Both the position numbers and the translations under genes were made by a program. Under the pieces are notes generated by a model, which had not been told where the DNA came from, searched no databases, and saw only the letters and a program-made list of their open reading frames with translations. From a virus (taxonomy: Duplodnaviria > Heunggongvirae > Uroviricota > Caudoviricetes), in the IMG/VR virus record IMGVR_UViG_2718218452_000008, positions 1-38,347 of that record: a DNA stretch of 38,347 nucleotides. One strand, given 5' to 3'. Positions 16,478-25,905 of the stretch are shown one piece after another. How positions within the stretch are numbered: the first letter of the stretch is position 1; each line of letters begins with the position of its first letter.

Positions 16478-16942
16478 TGTTTTGTTATGAAGGTGTTACT
16501 GGTAACGTTAAGGTAATTTAACAAAGAGTCAGTTCCGGACTTTATAGTGTGCTCAGTTCATGGCCAAAAACGATTTCTGTGATAAATATTTTGAATATTA
16601 TTTACAGGTAAATGGAGTGGGGCACATGGATAGAAATATTACAATAGAGAATGAAGTATATGCCCGTATTGTATGGGCAGAGAAGGCAAAAACACGGTAA
16701 TTCCGTGTGTTGCCATGATACCTGATTGGCAGAATAGTTGTTTGGTTTTGAGTATATAGTCAGCGTTTTTTGTTCAGTAATTGCTCCCTCAAAAAATAAT
16801 AAAATAAGGTGATTATTTTTGTTTATTATTTAGTTTTTTTTGTGTGTTGTTTTATTGTTTTTGCGTGGTTTGTTTTTTATTGTTATTTCATTAAGGGAAG
16901 GTAAATTCAGGATGGCAGTCTGTAGATAATCGGAGGTCACTT

Positions 16943-17257
16943 ATGCTACATGATCACGTGGCAGAATGTCTGGAGAAAAAAGGACTGTACCGGAGAGCAG
17001 CTGAACGATGGGCAAAAGTGATGGTACAGCTAAGTGATGACCAGAAAAGAAAAGTGGCGGCACAGAAACGAGCAGAGTGTTTGCGTAAGGCGCGCCGGAC
17101 TCCGGTTTCACCGGTGAACCTGACCGAAATAAAACAAGCGGTCAACAGACTACATTCTGAGTTGGGAATGGGATTTGAAGAGCGGCGGGTATTCCGACGA
17201 TATAAAGGGACAGGAGAACAGAATACGTCCGGAAACGCGCGGTCAAAAAAATGCTAA
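16943..17257 (+). CDS. PerC/Pch-family transcriptional regulator (104 aa)
   Basis: N-terminal HDHVAECLEKKGLYRRAAERWAKVM matches the PerC-family signature as recalled. GGAGG Shine-Dalgarno; preceded by an AT- and T-tract-rich region. Confidence 0.6.
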   Translation: MLHDHVAECLEKKGLYRRAAERWAKVMVQLSDDQKRKVAAQKRAECLRKARRTPVSPVNLTEIKQAVNRLHSELGMGFEERRVFRRYKGTGEQNTSGNARSKKC

Positions 17258-17293
17258 AAAATATCTGAGAGAGTTATTGCCTGTTACCATAAG

Positions 17294-17320
17294 AAAAAGC
17301 GACTTTAGTGGTCGCTTTTT
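17294..17320. terminator. Bidirectional intrinsic terminator between the PerC-like and RHH genes
   Basis: AAAAAGCGAC-TTTAGTG-GTCGCTTTTT: hairpin flanked by an A-run and a T-run. Confidence 0.6.
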
Positions 17321-17338
17321 GTGTCATATATAAGTCGT

Positions 17339-17563
17339 TTAAGTAAACCTGTCTGAACAGGTGCTCTGGTCGTGTTTGTCTTTGTTGGGTACAAATTGAG
17401 AATATTTTTCATTAATTAATCTTCTTCTGCAGGCTTCAATAACCCACGCTGAAAAATTACCTGAACCTTTCAGGTCAAGAGCGATGTTAATTTGTTCAAT
17501 TATCTGGTTTGGAAATCGGATGTTGCGGGTTGTTGTTCTGCGGGTTCTGTTCTTTGATGACAT
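17339..17563 (-). CDS. Ribbon-helix-helix DNA-binding protein (YnfO/YlcI-like)
   Basis: RNIRFPNQIIEQINIAL...GNFSAWVIEACRRRL shows the beta-strand plus two-helix RHH pattern; it sits next to cos as ynfO does in Qin. Confidence 0.65.
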   Translation of the reverse strand: MSSKNRTRRTTTRNIRFPNQIIEQINIALDLKGSGNFSAWVIEACRRRLINEKYSQFVPNKDKHDQSTCSDRFT

Positions 17564-17770
17564 AATGTTGCCCCGTATTCAGTGTTGCTGATTTGTATTA
17601 TCTGAAGTTGCTTTTACGCTAATTTGATGCAGATCAATTAATACGATACCTGCGTAATAATTGATTATTTCTCGTGGTTTGATGGCGTACACACATGTCG
17701 TGATAAACCTCATGTAGATGATAATTATTATCATTTTCGTGGGTCCTTTCCGGCGATCCGACAGGTTACG

Positions 17771-17782
17771 GGGCGGCGACCT
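17771..17782. other. cosN cohesive-end site (lambda-type 12-nt GGGCGGCGACCT)
   Basis: GATCCGACAGGTTACG-GGGCGGCGACCT-CGCGGGTTTTCGCTATTTATGAAAATTTTCCGG matches the lambda right-end/left-end junction as recalled. Confidence 0.85.
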
Positions 17783-17819
17783 CGCGGGTTTTCGCTATTT
17801 ATGAAAATTTTCCGGGATC

Positions 17820-17918
17820 CATGTCCGGTTTCTCTTCAAGTTAACTATATGAAAAATATAAAAACAGGTCTTCTGTGAACCGGACATGAACAAAAAACAG
17901 ACATGTAAACCGGACATG
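17820..17918. promoter_or_regulatory. cosB-like region with three CCGGACATG repeats (candidate small-terminase binding sites)
   Basis: CATGTCCGG at 17820-17828 (inverted), ACCGGACATG at 17879-17888 and 17909-17918, between cosN and the Nu1 start. Confidence 0.5.
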
Positions 17919-17965
17919 ACCGGTTTTGTTGTGATTGTGAGGTGAGAGTTTTTGCGAGGTGAGGA

Positions 17966-18475
17966 GTGGCTACGCAGACTGAAGTTGCCAGGCATTTAAG
18001 TCTGACCGATCGCCAGCTTCGCAGATTGCAGAAATTGCCGGGTGCCCCGATATCGAATAAGCGAGGGCAACTGGATCTGGATGCCTGGCGCGATTTTTAC
18101 ATATCGTATCTGAGGAGAAGTAAAAACGATGTGCCTGATGGCGATAGCGAAGACGACTATGAGGAGAAATTGCTTATTGCCAGATGGGAACTGACAGCAG
18201 AACAGGCTGTTACACAGCAGTTAAAAAATGAGGTGTCAAAAGGAAAACTTATTGACACCGGGTTCTGTATTTTTGCCCTCAGTAAGCTGGCAATGGCGTT
18301 ATCCAGTACGCTTGATTCCATCCCTTTATCCATGCAGCGACAGTTTCCTGATTTAACACCGCGCCATCTTGACCATCTGAAAACCCTTATTGCGAAGGGG
18401 GCAAATCAGTGTGCGCGGGCAGGGGATAAATTACCGGATTTACTCGATGAATATATCAGAGCAACAACTGAATAA
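17966..18475 (+). CDS. nu1: Terminase small subunit (Nu1-like)
   Basis: Alignable with lambda Nu1 over the C-terminal half (TGFCIFALSKLAMALSSTLDSIPLSMQRQFPDLTPRHLDHLK). GTG start after GAGGTGAGGAG. Confidence 0.85.
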   Translation: MATQTEVARHLSLTDRQLRRLQKLPGAPISNKRGQLDLDAWRDFYISYLRRSKNDVPDGDSEDDYEEKLLIARWELTAEQAVTQQLKNEVSKGKLIDTGFCIFALSKLAMALSSTLDSIPLSMQRQFPDLTPRHLDHLKTLIAKGANQCARAGDKLPDLLDEYIRATTE

Positions 18476-20375
18476 TATGATGGCTGCCGTTTCGGTTGCG
18501 CTGCAGCCTCTGGTCAGGGTTGTACCAATGACGGCAGTTGAATGGGCTGATCAAAATTATTATCTGCCTAAAGAATCTTCATATGGTGAGGGAGAATGGA
18601 AAACGCTGCCATTCCAGATCGCCATTATGAACTGTATGGGTAACGACCAGGTTCGCACGGTTAACCTGATTAAATCTGCCCGTGTTGGCTATACAAAGAT
18701 GTTGCTGGGGGTGGTCGGGTATTTTATTGAGCATAAATCCCGAAACAGTCTGCTTTTTCAGCCCACGGATTCTGCCGCTGAAGATTTTATGAAGTCTCAC
18801 GTGGAGGCGACGATTCGGAACGTGCCATGCCTGAAAGACCTTTCCCCATGGCTGGGTCGTAAACATCGTGACAATACTCTCACGCTGAAACGCTTTTCAT
18901 CGGGCGTCGGTTTCTGGTGCCTGGGCGGTGCAGCCGCCAAAAACTACCGTGAAAAATCCGTGGACGTGGTCTGCTATGACGAGCTTTCCTCGTTCGAGCC
19001 GGATGTTGAAAAAGAGGGCTCGCCAACCCTGCTGGGGGATAAGCGTATTGAGGGGTCGGTGTGGCCAAAATCCATTCGCGGCTCGACGCCTAAAATCAAA
19101 GGCACCTGCCAGATCGAAAAAGCCGCTAACGAGTCGGCGCATTTTATGCGTTTTTATGTGCCCTGCCCGCACTGTGGGGAGGAGCAGTATCTGAAATTTG
19201 GCGATGAGTCCACGCCTTTTGGGCTTAAATGGGAGAAGGACAGCCCTGAAAGTGTTTTCTACCTCTGTGAACATCATGGCTGCGTGATCCATCAGTCTGA
19301 GCTTGACCAGAGCAACGGGCGGTGGATCTGTGAAAACACGGGCATGTGGACCCGTGACGGTCTGACGTTTTTCAGCGCCCGGGGTGATGAAATTCCGCCG
19401 CCGCGCTCCATCATGTTCCATATCTGGACGGCGTACAGTCCGTTCACCACCTGGGTACAGATTGTCTATGACTGGCTGGATGCACTGAAAGATCCCAACG
19501 GCCTGAAAACCTTTGTGAACACCACGCTGGGCGAGACCTGGGAAGAGGCCGTGGGCGAAAAACTCGATCACCAGGTACTGATGGATAAGGTGGTGCGTTA
19601 CACGGCGGCGGTGCCTGCCCGGGTGGTTTATCTGACGGCGGGCATTGACTCGCAGCGAAACCGTTTTGAGATGTATGTCTGGGGATGGGCTCCGGGAGAG
19701 GAAGCCTTTCTGGTGGATAAAATCATCATTATGGGGCGTCCTGATGAGGAAGAGACGCTGTTACGTGTGGATGCGGCGATCAACAAAAAATACCGCCATG
19801 CGGATGGCACCGAAATGACTATTTCCCGTGTCTGCTGGGACACCGGGGGGATCGATGGTGAAATTGTTTATCAGAGATCAAAAAAACACGGTGTTTTCCG
19901 GGTGCTGCCGGTAAAAGGCGCATCTGTCTATGGCAAGCCGGTGATCACCATGCCAAAAACCCGCAATCAGCGGGGCGTGTATCTGTGTGAAGTGGGAACG
20001 GATACCGCAAAAGAAATTCTCTATGCCCGTATGAAAGCCGATCCCACGCCTGCGGATGAAGCCACGTCGTATGCCATCCGTTTTCCTGATGATCCGGAGA
20101 TTTTTTCGCAGACAGAGGCGCAGCAACTGGTGGCGGAAGAGCTGGTGGAGAAGTGGGAAAAAGGAAAGATGCGTCTGCTGTGGGATAACAAAAAGCGGCG
20201 TAACGAAGCGCTGGACTGCCTGGTGTATGCCTACGCGGCATTACGTGTGTCCGTGCAACGCTGGCAGCTTGATCTGGCTGTACTGGCAAAATCCCGGGAA
20301 GAAGAGACGACCCGGCCAACCCTGAAAGAACTGGCAGCGAAGCTGTCCGGAGGAGTGAATGGTTACAGTCGCTGA
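18447..20375 (+). CDS. A: Terminase large subunit (gpA-like)
   Basis: Collinear similarity to lambda gpA as recalled (TAVEWADQNYYLPKES..., KSARVGYTKMLLG, Walker-like region, CPHCGEEQYLKFGD). Start at the internal ATG MNISEQ. Confidence 0.9.
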   Translation: MNISEQQLNNMMAAVSVALQPLVRVVPMTAVEWADQNYYLPKESSYGEGEWKTLPFQIAIMNCMGNDQVRTVNLIKSARVGYTKMLLGVVGYFIEHKSRNSLLFQPTDSAAEDFMKSHVEATIRNVPCLKDLSPWLGRKHRDNTLTLKRFSSGVGFWCLGGAAAKNYREKSVDVVCYDELSSFEPDVEKEGSPTLLGDKRIEGSVWPKSIRGSTPKIKGTCQIEKAANESAHFMRFYVPCPHCGEEQYLKFGDESTPFGLKWEKDSPESVFYLCEHHGCVIHQSELDQSNGRWICENTGMWTRDGLTFFSARGDEIPPPRSIMFHIWTAYSPFTTWVQIVYDWLDALKDPNGLKTFVNTTLGETWEEAVGEKLDHQVLMDKVVRYTAAVPARVVYLTAGIDSQRNRFEMYVWGWAPGEEAFLVDKIIIMGRPDEEETLLRVDAAINKKYRHADGTEMTISRVCWDTGGIDGEIVYQRSKKHGVFRVLPVKGASVYGKPVITMPKTRNQRGVYLCEVGTDTAKEILYARMKADPTPADEATSYAIRFPDDPEIFSQTEAQQLVAEELVEKWEKGKMRLLWDNKKRRNEALDCLVYAYAALRVSVQRWQLDLAVLAKSREEETTRPTLKELAAKLSGGVNGYSR

Positions 20376-20565
20376 ACTGCAGGCGCTGCGTCAGGCGCGC
20401 CTTGATTTATTAACCGGTAAACGGGTGGTGTCTGTCCAGAAAGATGGTCGCAGAATTGAATATACGGCGGCTTCTCTGGATGAGCTTAACCGGGCGATCA
20501 ATGATGCGGAGTCGGTACTGGGGACAACCCGACGTCGCCGTCGTCCGCTGGGAGTGAGGTTATGA
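20359..20565 (+). CDS. W: Head-tail joining protein gpW
   Basis: LTGKRVVSVQKDGRRIEYTAASLDEL matches lambda W. Confidence 0.85.
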   Translation: MVTVAELQALRQARLDLLTGKRVVSVQKDGRRIEYTAASLDELNRAINDAESVLGTTRRRRRPLGVRL

Positions 20566-22154
20566 AACGAACGCCTGTCCTGATTGATGTGAACGGCGTT
20601 CCGCTTCGTGAGAGTCTCAGCTACAACGGGGGCGGCGCAGGATTTGGCGGGCAAATGGCGGAGTGGTTGCCACCGGCGCAGAGTGTCGATGCGGCCCTGC
20701 TGCCCGCGTTGCGTCTGGGGAATGCCCGGGCAGATGATCTGGTGCGCAATAACGGAATAGCGGCTAATGCGGTGGCCCTGCATAAGGATCACATTGTCGG
20801 GCATATGTTTCTGATCAGCTACCGTCCGAACTGGCGCTGGCTGGGGATGCGGGAGACCGCAGCAAAAAGCTTTGTCGATGAGGTGGAGGCGGCCTGGTCG
20901 GAATACGCAGAAGGGATGTCTGGCGAGATCGACGTGGAAGGAAAACGCACATTTACGGAGTTTATCCGTGAAGGTGTTGGCGTTCATGCGTTTAACGGCG
21001 AAATCTTTGTGCAGCCGGTCTGGGATACGGAAACCACGCAGTTATTCCGTACGCGTTTTAAAGCCGTGAGTCCGAAACGGGTGGACACGCCAGGACACGG
21101 TATGGGGAACCGTTTTCTGCGGGCCGGGGTGGAGGTCGATCGATATGGCCGTGCCGTTGCGTACCATATCTGTGAGGATGATTTTCCTCGCTCCGGGAGT
21201 GGACGATGGGAACGGATCCCGCGTGAACTTCCCACCGGGCGTCCGGCCATGCTGCATATTTTCGAGCCGGTGGAGGACGGGCAGACCCGTGGGGCTAATC
21301 AGTTTTACAGCGTCATGGAACGGCTGAAGATGCTGGATTCCCTGCAGGCAACACAGCTTCAGTCGGCCATTGTGAAAGCCATGTATGCAGCGACGATTGA
21401 AAGTGAACTTGATACCGAAAAGGCCTTTGAATATATCGCCGGCGCGCCACAGGAGCAGAAGGATAATCCGCTTATTAATATTCTGGAGAAGTTCTCCAGC
21501 TGGTATGACACGAATAACGTGACACTGGGCGGTGTCAAAATTCCGCACCTTTTCCCTGGTGATGATCTGAAACTACAGACTGCGCAGGATTCAGACAATG
21601 GATTTTCTGCGCTTGAACAGGCGCTGCTGCGGTATATCGCCGCCGGTCTTGGCGTTTCCTACGAACAGTTGTCCCGTGATTACTCGAAGGTCAGTTATTC
21701 AAGTGCCAGGGCCTCTGCCAATGAGTCGTGGCGCTATTTTATGGGGCGGCGAAAATTTATTGCGGCCCGGCTGGCCACGCAGATGTTTTCCTGCTGGCTG
21801 GAAGAGGCACTTCTTCGGGGGATTATCCGTCCGCCACGGGCGCGTTTTGATTTTTATCAGGCGCGATCAGCCTGGTCACGGGCAGAGTGGATTGGTGCCG
21901 GAAGAATGGCCATTGACGGGCTCAAGGAGGTTCAGGAATCGGTGATGCGCATTGAGGCCGGACTGAGCACGTATGAGAAAGAGCTGGCGCTGATGGGCGA
22001 GGATTATCAGGACATTTTCCGCCAGCAGGTCAGGGAATCTGCAGAGCGGCAAAAAGCCGGACTCTCACGTCCGGTGTGGATAGCGCAGGCGTATCAGCAG
22101 CAGATAGCGGAGAGTCGCAGGCCGGAAGAGGAGACAACACCCCGTGAGACGTAA
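20562..22154 (+). CDS. B: Portal protein gpB
   Basis: 530 aa; position and collinearity with lambda B. Confidence 0.85.
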   Translation: MKRTPVLIDVNGVPLRESLSYNGGGAGFGGQMAEWLPPAQSVDAALLPALRLGNARADDLVRNNGIAANAVALHKDHIVGHMFLISYRPNWRWLGMRETAAKSFVDEVEAAWSEYAEGMSGEIDVEGKRTFTEFIREGVGVHAFNGEIFVQPVWDTETTQLFRTRFKAVSPKRVDTPGHGMGNRFLRAGVEVDRYGRAVAYHICEDDFPRSGSGRWERIPRELPTGRPAMLHIFEPVEDGQTRGANQFYSVMERLKMLDSLQATQLQSAIVKAMYAATIESELDTEKAFEYIAGAPQEQKDNPLINILEKFSSWYDTNNVTLGGVKIPHLFPGDDLKLQTAQDSDNGFSALEQALLRYIAAGLGVSYEQLSRDYSKVSYSSARASANESWRYFMGRRKFIAARLATQMFSCWLEEALLRGIIRPPRARFDFYQARSAWSRAEWIGAGRMAIDGLKEVQESVMRIEAGLSTYEKELALMGEDYQDIFRQQVRESAERQKAGLSRPVWIAQAYQQQIAESRRPEEETTPRET

Positions 22155-23649
22155 TCTTTCACACATTATTGCCGCAGCATTCAATGAACCGCTGCTTCTG
22201 GAGCCCGCCTATGCGCGGGTTTTCTTTTGCGCGCTCGGGCGCGAGATGGGGGCAGCAAGTCTTTCGGTACCACAACAGCAGGTACAGTTTGATGCTCCCG
22301 GAATGCTGGCTGAAACGGACGAGTACATGGCCGGAGGTAAACGACCGGCCCGTGTTTACAGGGTGGTGAACGGTATTGCTGTACTGCCGGTGACCGGCAC
22401 GCTGGTGCACCGGCTGGGGGGTATGCGGCCATTTTCCGGAATGACAGGCTATGACGGTATTGTCGCCTGTCTTCAGCAGGCAATGGCGGATAGCCAGGTG
22501 CGGGGCGTACTGCTGGACATTGACAGTCCGGGCGGGCAGGCCGCCGGCGCGTTTGACTGCGCTGACATGATTTACCGCCTCCGTCAGCAGAAGCCGGTCT
22601 GGGCACTGTGCAATGACACGGCCTGTTCTGCAGCCATGCTGCTGGCGTCGGCCTGCTCCCGACGGCTGGTTACCCAGACATCCCGTATCGGCTCCATTGG
22701 CGTGATGATGAGCCATGTCAGCTATGCCGGTCATCTGGCGCAGGCCGGTGTGGATATCACGCTGATTTACTCAGGGACGCACAAGGTGGATGGCAATCAG
22801 TTTGAAGCCTTACCGGCAGAGGTTCGCCAGGACATGCAGCAGCGCATTGATGCGGCGCGCCGGATGTTTGCCGAAAAAGTGGCGATGTTTACCGGTCTGT
22901 CTGTTGATGCCGTCACGGGAACAGAGGCCGCCGTTTTTGAAGGTCAGTCCGGCATTGATGCCGGGCTGGCGGATGAATTAGTCAATGCGTCGGATGCCAT
23001 CAGTGTGATGGCCACGGCGCTGAACAGTAATGTCAGAGGAGGCACTATGCCGCAATTAACTGCAACGGAAGCCGCCGCGCAGGAGAACCAGCGAGTGATG
23101 GGGATCCTGACATGCCAGGAAGCGAAAGGACGTGAACAGCTTGCCACGATGCTGGCAGGACAACAGGGCATGAGCGTTGAACAGGCCCGGGCGATTCTGG
23201 CCGCGGCGGCACCACAGCAGCCGGTGGCATCCGCGCAGAGTGAAGCCGATCGCATTATGGCGTGTGAAGAAGCGAAAGGTCGTGAACAACTGGCGGCAAC
23301 GCTGGCGGCGATGCCGGAGATGACGGTGGAAAAAGCCCGCCCGATCCTGGCTGCTTCACCGCAGGCGGATGCCGGACCCTCACTCCGTGATCAGATCATG
23401 GCACTGGATGAGGCAAAAGGGGCTGAGGCGCAGGCTGAACAGCTGGCTGCCTGCCCGGGAATGACTGTGGAGAGCGCCCGGGCTGTGCTGGCTGCGGGAT
23501 CAGGTAAGGCAGAACCGGTCTCTGCATCCACAACCGCCATGTTTGAACGCATCATGGCGAACCATTCACCGGCAGCGGTACAGGGTGGCGTGCCACAGAC
23601 GTCAGCAGACGGTGATGCGGACGTGAAAATGCTCATGGCCATGCCATGA
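22144..23649 (+). CDS. C: Head maturation protease gpC (S49 family) with C-terminal Nu3-like scaffold region
   Basis: NEPLLLEPAYARVFFCAL, GIAVLPV.G.L and SIGVMMSH blocks as in lambda C. The C-terminal third carries three tandem copies of an EEAKGREQLA...ARAILAA unit. Confidence 0.85.
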   Translation: MRRNLSHIIAAAFNEPLLLEPAYARVFFCALGREMGAASLSVPQQQVQFDAPGMLAETDEYMAGGKRPARVYRVVNGIAVLPVTGTLVHRLGGMRPFSGMTGYDGIVACLQQAMADSQVRGVLLDIDSPGGQAAGAFDCADMIYRLRQQKPVWALCNDTACSAAMLLASACSRRLVTQTSRIGSIGVMMSHVSYAGHLAQAGVDITLIYSGTHKVDGNQFEALPAEVRQDMQQRIDAARRMFAEKVAMFTGLSVDAVTGTEAAVFEGQSGIDAGLADELVNASDAISVMATALNSNVRGGTMPQLTATEAAAQENQRVMGILTCQEAKGREQLATMLAGQQGMSVEQARAILAAAAPQQPVASAQSEADRIMACEEAKGREQLAATLAAMPEMTVEKARPILAASPQADAGPSLRDQIMALDEAKGAEAQAEQLAACPGMTVESARAVLAAGSGKAEPVSASTTAMFERIMANHSPAAVQGGVPQTSADGDADVKMLMAMP

Positions 23650-23685
23650 AGCCAGTGCTGACCATCAACAGGAGGTTTTTACAAT

Positions 23686-24033
23686 ATGGTGACGAAAACT
23701 ATCACTGAACAGCGTGCGGAAGTACGTATTTTTGCCGGTAATGATCCGGCTCATACCGCCACAGGCAGCAGCGGGATTTCCTCGGCAACACCGGCACTGA
23801 CGCCCCTGATGCTGGATGAGGCCACCGGGAAACTGGTGGTCTGGGACGGACAAAAAGCCGGTAGTGCGGTTGGCATACTGGTACTGCCGCTTGAAGGCAC
23901 AGAGACGGCGCTGACCTATTACAAGTCGGGGACCTTTGCGACGGAGGCAATCCGCTGGCCTGAAAGTGTGGATGAACACAAAAAGGCCAACGCCTTTGCC
24001 GGCAGTGCCCTGAGTCACGCGGCGCTGCCGTAA
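23686..24033 (+). CDS. D: Head decoration protein gpD
   Basis: NDPAHTATG...TPLMLD...KLVVWDG...AVGILV...YKSGTF matches lambda D. Confidence 0.85.
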   Translation: MVTKTITEQRAEVRIFAGNDPAHTATGSSGISSATPALTPLMLDEATGKLVVWDGQKAGSAVGILVLPLEGTETALTYYKSGTFATEAIRWPESVDEHKKANAFAGSALSHAALP

Positions 24034-24090
24034 CACGTTATCAGGCCACCGCGGTGGCCTGACTGATTTCTGAATGAAAGGAACTGATTT

Positions 24091-25119
24091 ATGGGATTGT
24101 TTACGACCCGCCAGTTACTCGGTTATACCGAACAAAAAGTGAAATTTCGTGCGCTGTTTCTGGAGCTGTTTTTCCGCCGTACGGTGAATTTCCATACCGA
24201 AGAGGTGATGCTGGACAAAATTACCGGAAAAACGCCGGTGGCGGCCTATGTTTCCCCGGTTGTTGAAGGAAAAGTGCTGCGTCATCGTGGTGGTGAAACC
24301 CGCGTGTTACGTCCGGGCTACGTCAAGCCGAAACACGAATTTAATTACCAGCAGGCGGTTGAGCGTCTTCCCGGTGAAGATCCGGCTCAGCTGAACGACC
24401 CGGCCTACCGTCGTCTGCGTATCATCACTGATAACCTCAAACAGGAAGAGCACGCCATTGTCCAGGTGGAAGAAATGCAGGCGGTGAATGCCGTGCTGTA
24501 TGGCAAATACACGATGGAAGGAGACCAGTTCGAGAAAATTGAGGTCGATTTTGGCAGGTCGACGAAGAATAACATCACTCAGGGTAGTGGTAAGGAGTGG
24601 TCAAAACAGGATCGTGACACGTTCGATCCTACACATGATCTTGACCTCTACTGCGACCAGGCCAGCGGTCTTGTGAATATTGCCATTATGGACGGTACCG
24701 TCTGGCGTCTGCTGAATGGCTTTAAATTGTTCCGCGAAAAACTGGATACCCGTCGCGGTTCAAATTCTCAACTCGAAACAGCGGTGAAAGACCTGGGCGC
24801 GGTGGTGTCCTTCAAAGGGTATTACGGCGATCTGGCCATTGTGGTGGCAAAAACGTCTTATGTGGCAGAGGACGGTACCGAAAAACGTTATCTGCCTGAG
24901 GGCTCGCTGGTCCTGGGGAATACGGCAGCAGAGGGCATTCGTTGCTATGGTGCCATTCAGGATGCGCAGGCGTTGTCCGAAGGTGTGGTGGCCTCTTCCC
25001 GTTATCCGAAACACTGGCTGACGGTGGGGGATCCCGCCCGTGAATTTACCATGACGCAGTCCGCGCCGCTGATGGTGTTGCCGGACCCGGATGAGTTTGT
25101 GGTGGTACAGGTGAAATAA
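24091..25119 (+). CDS. E: Major capsid protein gpE
   Basis: 342 aa; PGYVKPKHE, DPAYRRLRII, TRRGSNSQLETAVKDLG and GDPAREFTM blocks as in lambda E. Confidence 0.9.
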   Translation: MGLFTTRQLLGYTEQKVKFRALFLELFFRRTVNFHTEEVMLDKITGKTPVAAYVSPVVEGKVLRHRGGETRVLRPGYVKPKHEFNYQQAVERLPGEDPAQLNDPAYRRLRIITDNLKQEEHAIVQVEEMQAVNAVLYGKYTMEGDQFEKIEVDFGRSTKNNITQGSGKEWSKQDRDTFDPTHDLDLYCDQASGLVNIAIMDGTVWRLLNGFKLFREKLDTRRGSNSQLETAVKDLGAVVSFKGYYGDLAIVVAKTSYVAEDGTEKRYLPEGSLVLGNTAAEGIRCYGAIQDAQALSEGVVASSRYPKHWLTVGDPAREFTMTQSAPLMVLPDPDEFVVVQVK

Positions 25120-25170
25120 TCCGTGAGCGGGGGCGAAATGCCCCCGTGTCTTTTTTCACAGGGGGATGAT

Positions 25171-25545
25171 ATGGCAACGAAAGAGCAAAATCTGAAACGG
25201 CTTGATGAACTGGCCCTGATTCTGGGGCGTGAGCCGGATATATCCGGGAGTGCCGCAGAGATAGCGCAGCGGGTGGCAGAATGGGAAGAGGAAATGCAGT
25301 CATCCGGCGATGATGTACAGGTTATGAATATGGATATCCGGGAGAGGGAAAACGCGGCTCATGATGTTCGTGAGGAAACATCCGGCGCGTTAACGCGCAT
25401 CAGAGTTCTGACCTGCCTCCATCTCTGTGGCGTTGATGGTGAAACGGGGGAATCCGTTGAGCTTGCGGATGTTGGTCGGGTGATTCTGATTATGTCCTCA
25501 GATGCAAAAACACACGTTGATGGTGGAATGGCTGTTTATGCGTGA
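25171..25545 (+). CDS. FI: gpFI-like DNA-packaging/head protein
   Basis: Position between E and FII; ATG at 25171 with GGGGGA Shine-Dalgarno. Confidence 0.65.
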   Translation: MATKEQNLKRLDELALILGREPDISGSAAEIAQRVAEWEEEMQSSGDDVQVMNMDIRERENAAHDVREETSGALTRIRVLTCLHLCGVDGETGESVELADVGRVILIMSSDAKTHVDGGMAVYA

Positions 25546-25891
25546 TTTTCAGAATGCCTTTGATGCCGCCCTTGCCGGGGTGGACAGTACGATTGTTGAA
25601 GTGATGGGCATCAGTGCGCAGTTCACCTCCGGTGCACAGCGTGGCGGCGAAGTTCAGGGGGTTTTTGACGATCCGGAGTCGCTGGGGTTTGCCAGTAGTG
25701 GGATCCGTATTGAAGGAAGCAGCCCGTCATTATTTGTGCGGACGGATACGGTTCGTGCCGTGCGGCGTGGTGACACGTTGACCATTAATGGTGAGACGTT
25801 CTGGGTGGATCGTGTTTCTCCGGATGACGGGGGCAGTTGTTATCTCTGGCTGAACCGTGGGCAACCACCCGCAGTTAACCGGCGACGATAA
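25538..25891 (+). CDS. FII: Head-tail connector gpFII
   Basis: GVFDDPESLGF...RIEGSSPSLFVRTD...RRGDTLTI...FWVDRVSPDDGGSCYLWL matches lambda FII. Confidence 0.85.
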   Translation: MRDFQNAFDAALAGVDSTIVEVMGISAQFTSGAQRGGEVQGVFDDPESLGFASSGIRIEGSSPSLFVRTDTVRAVRRGDTLTINGETFWVDRVSPDDGGSCYLWLNRGQPPAVNRRR

Positions 25892-25905
25892 ACGCAGGGT
25901 GAATT

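Noticed and set aside
18897-19571. 224-aa minus-strand ORF inside the terminase large subunit gene
   Set aside because: Antisense to a strongly supported gene; no recognisable motifs.
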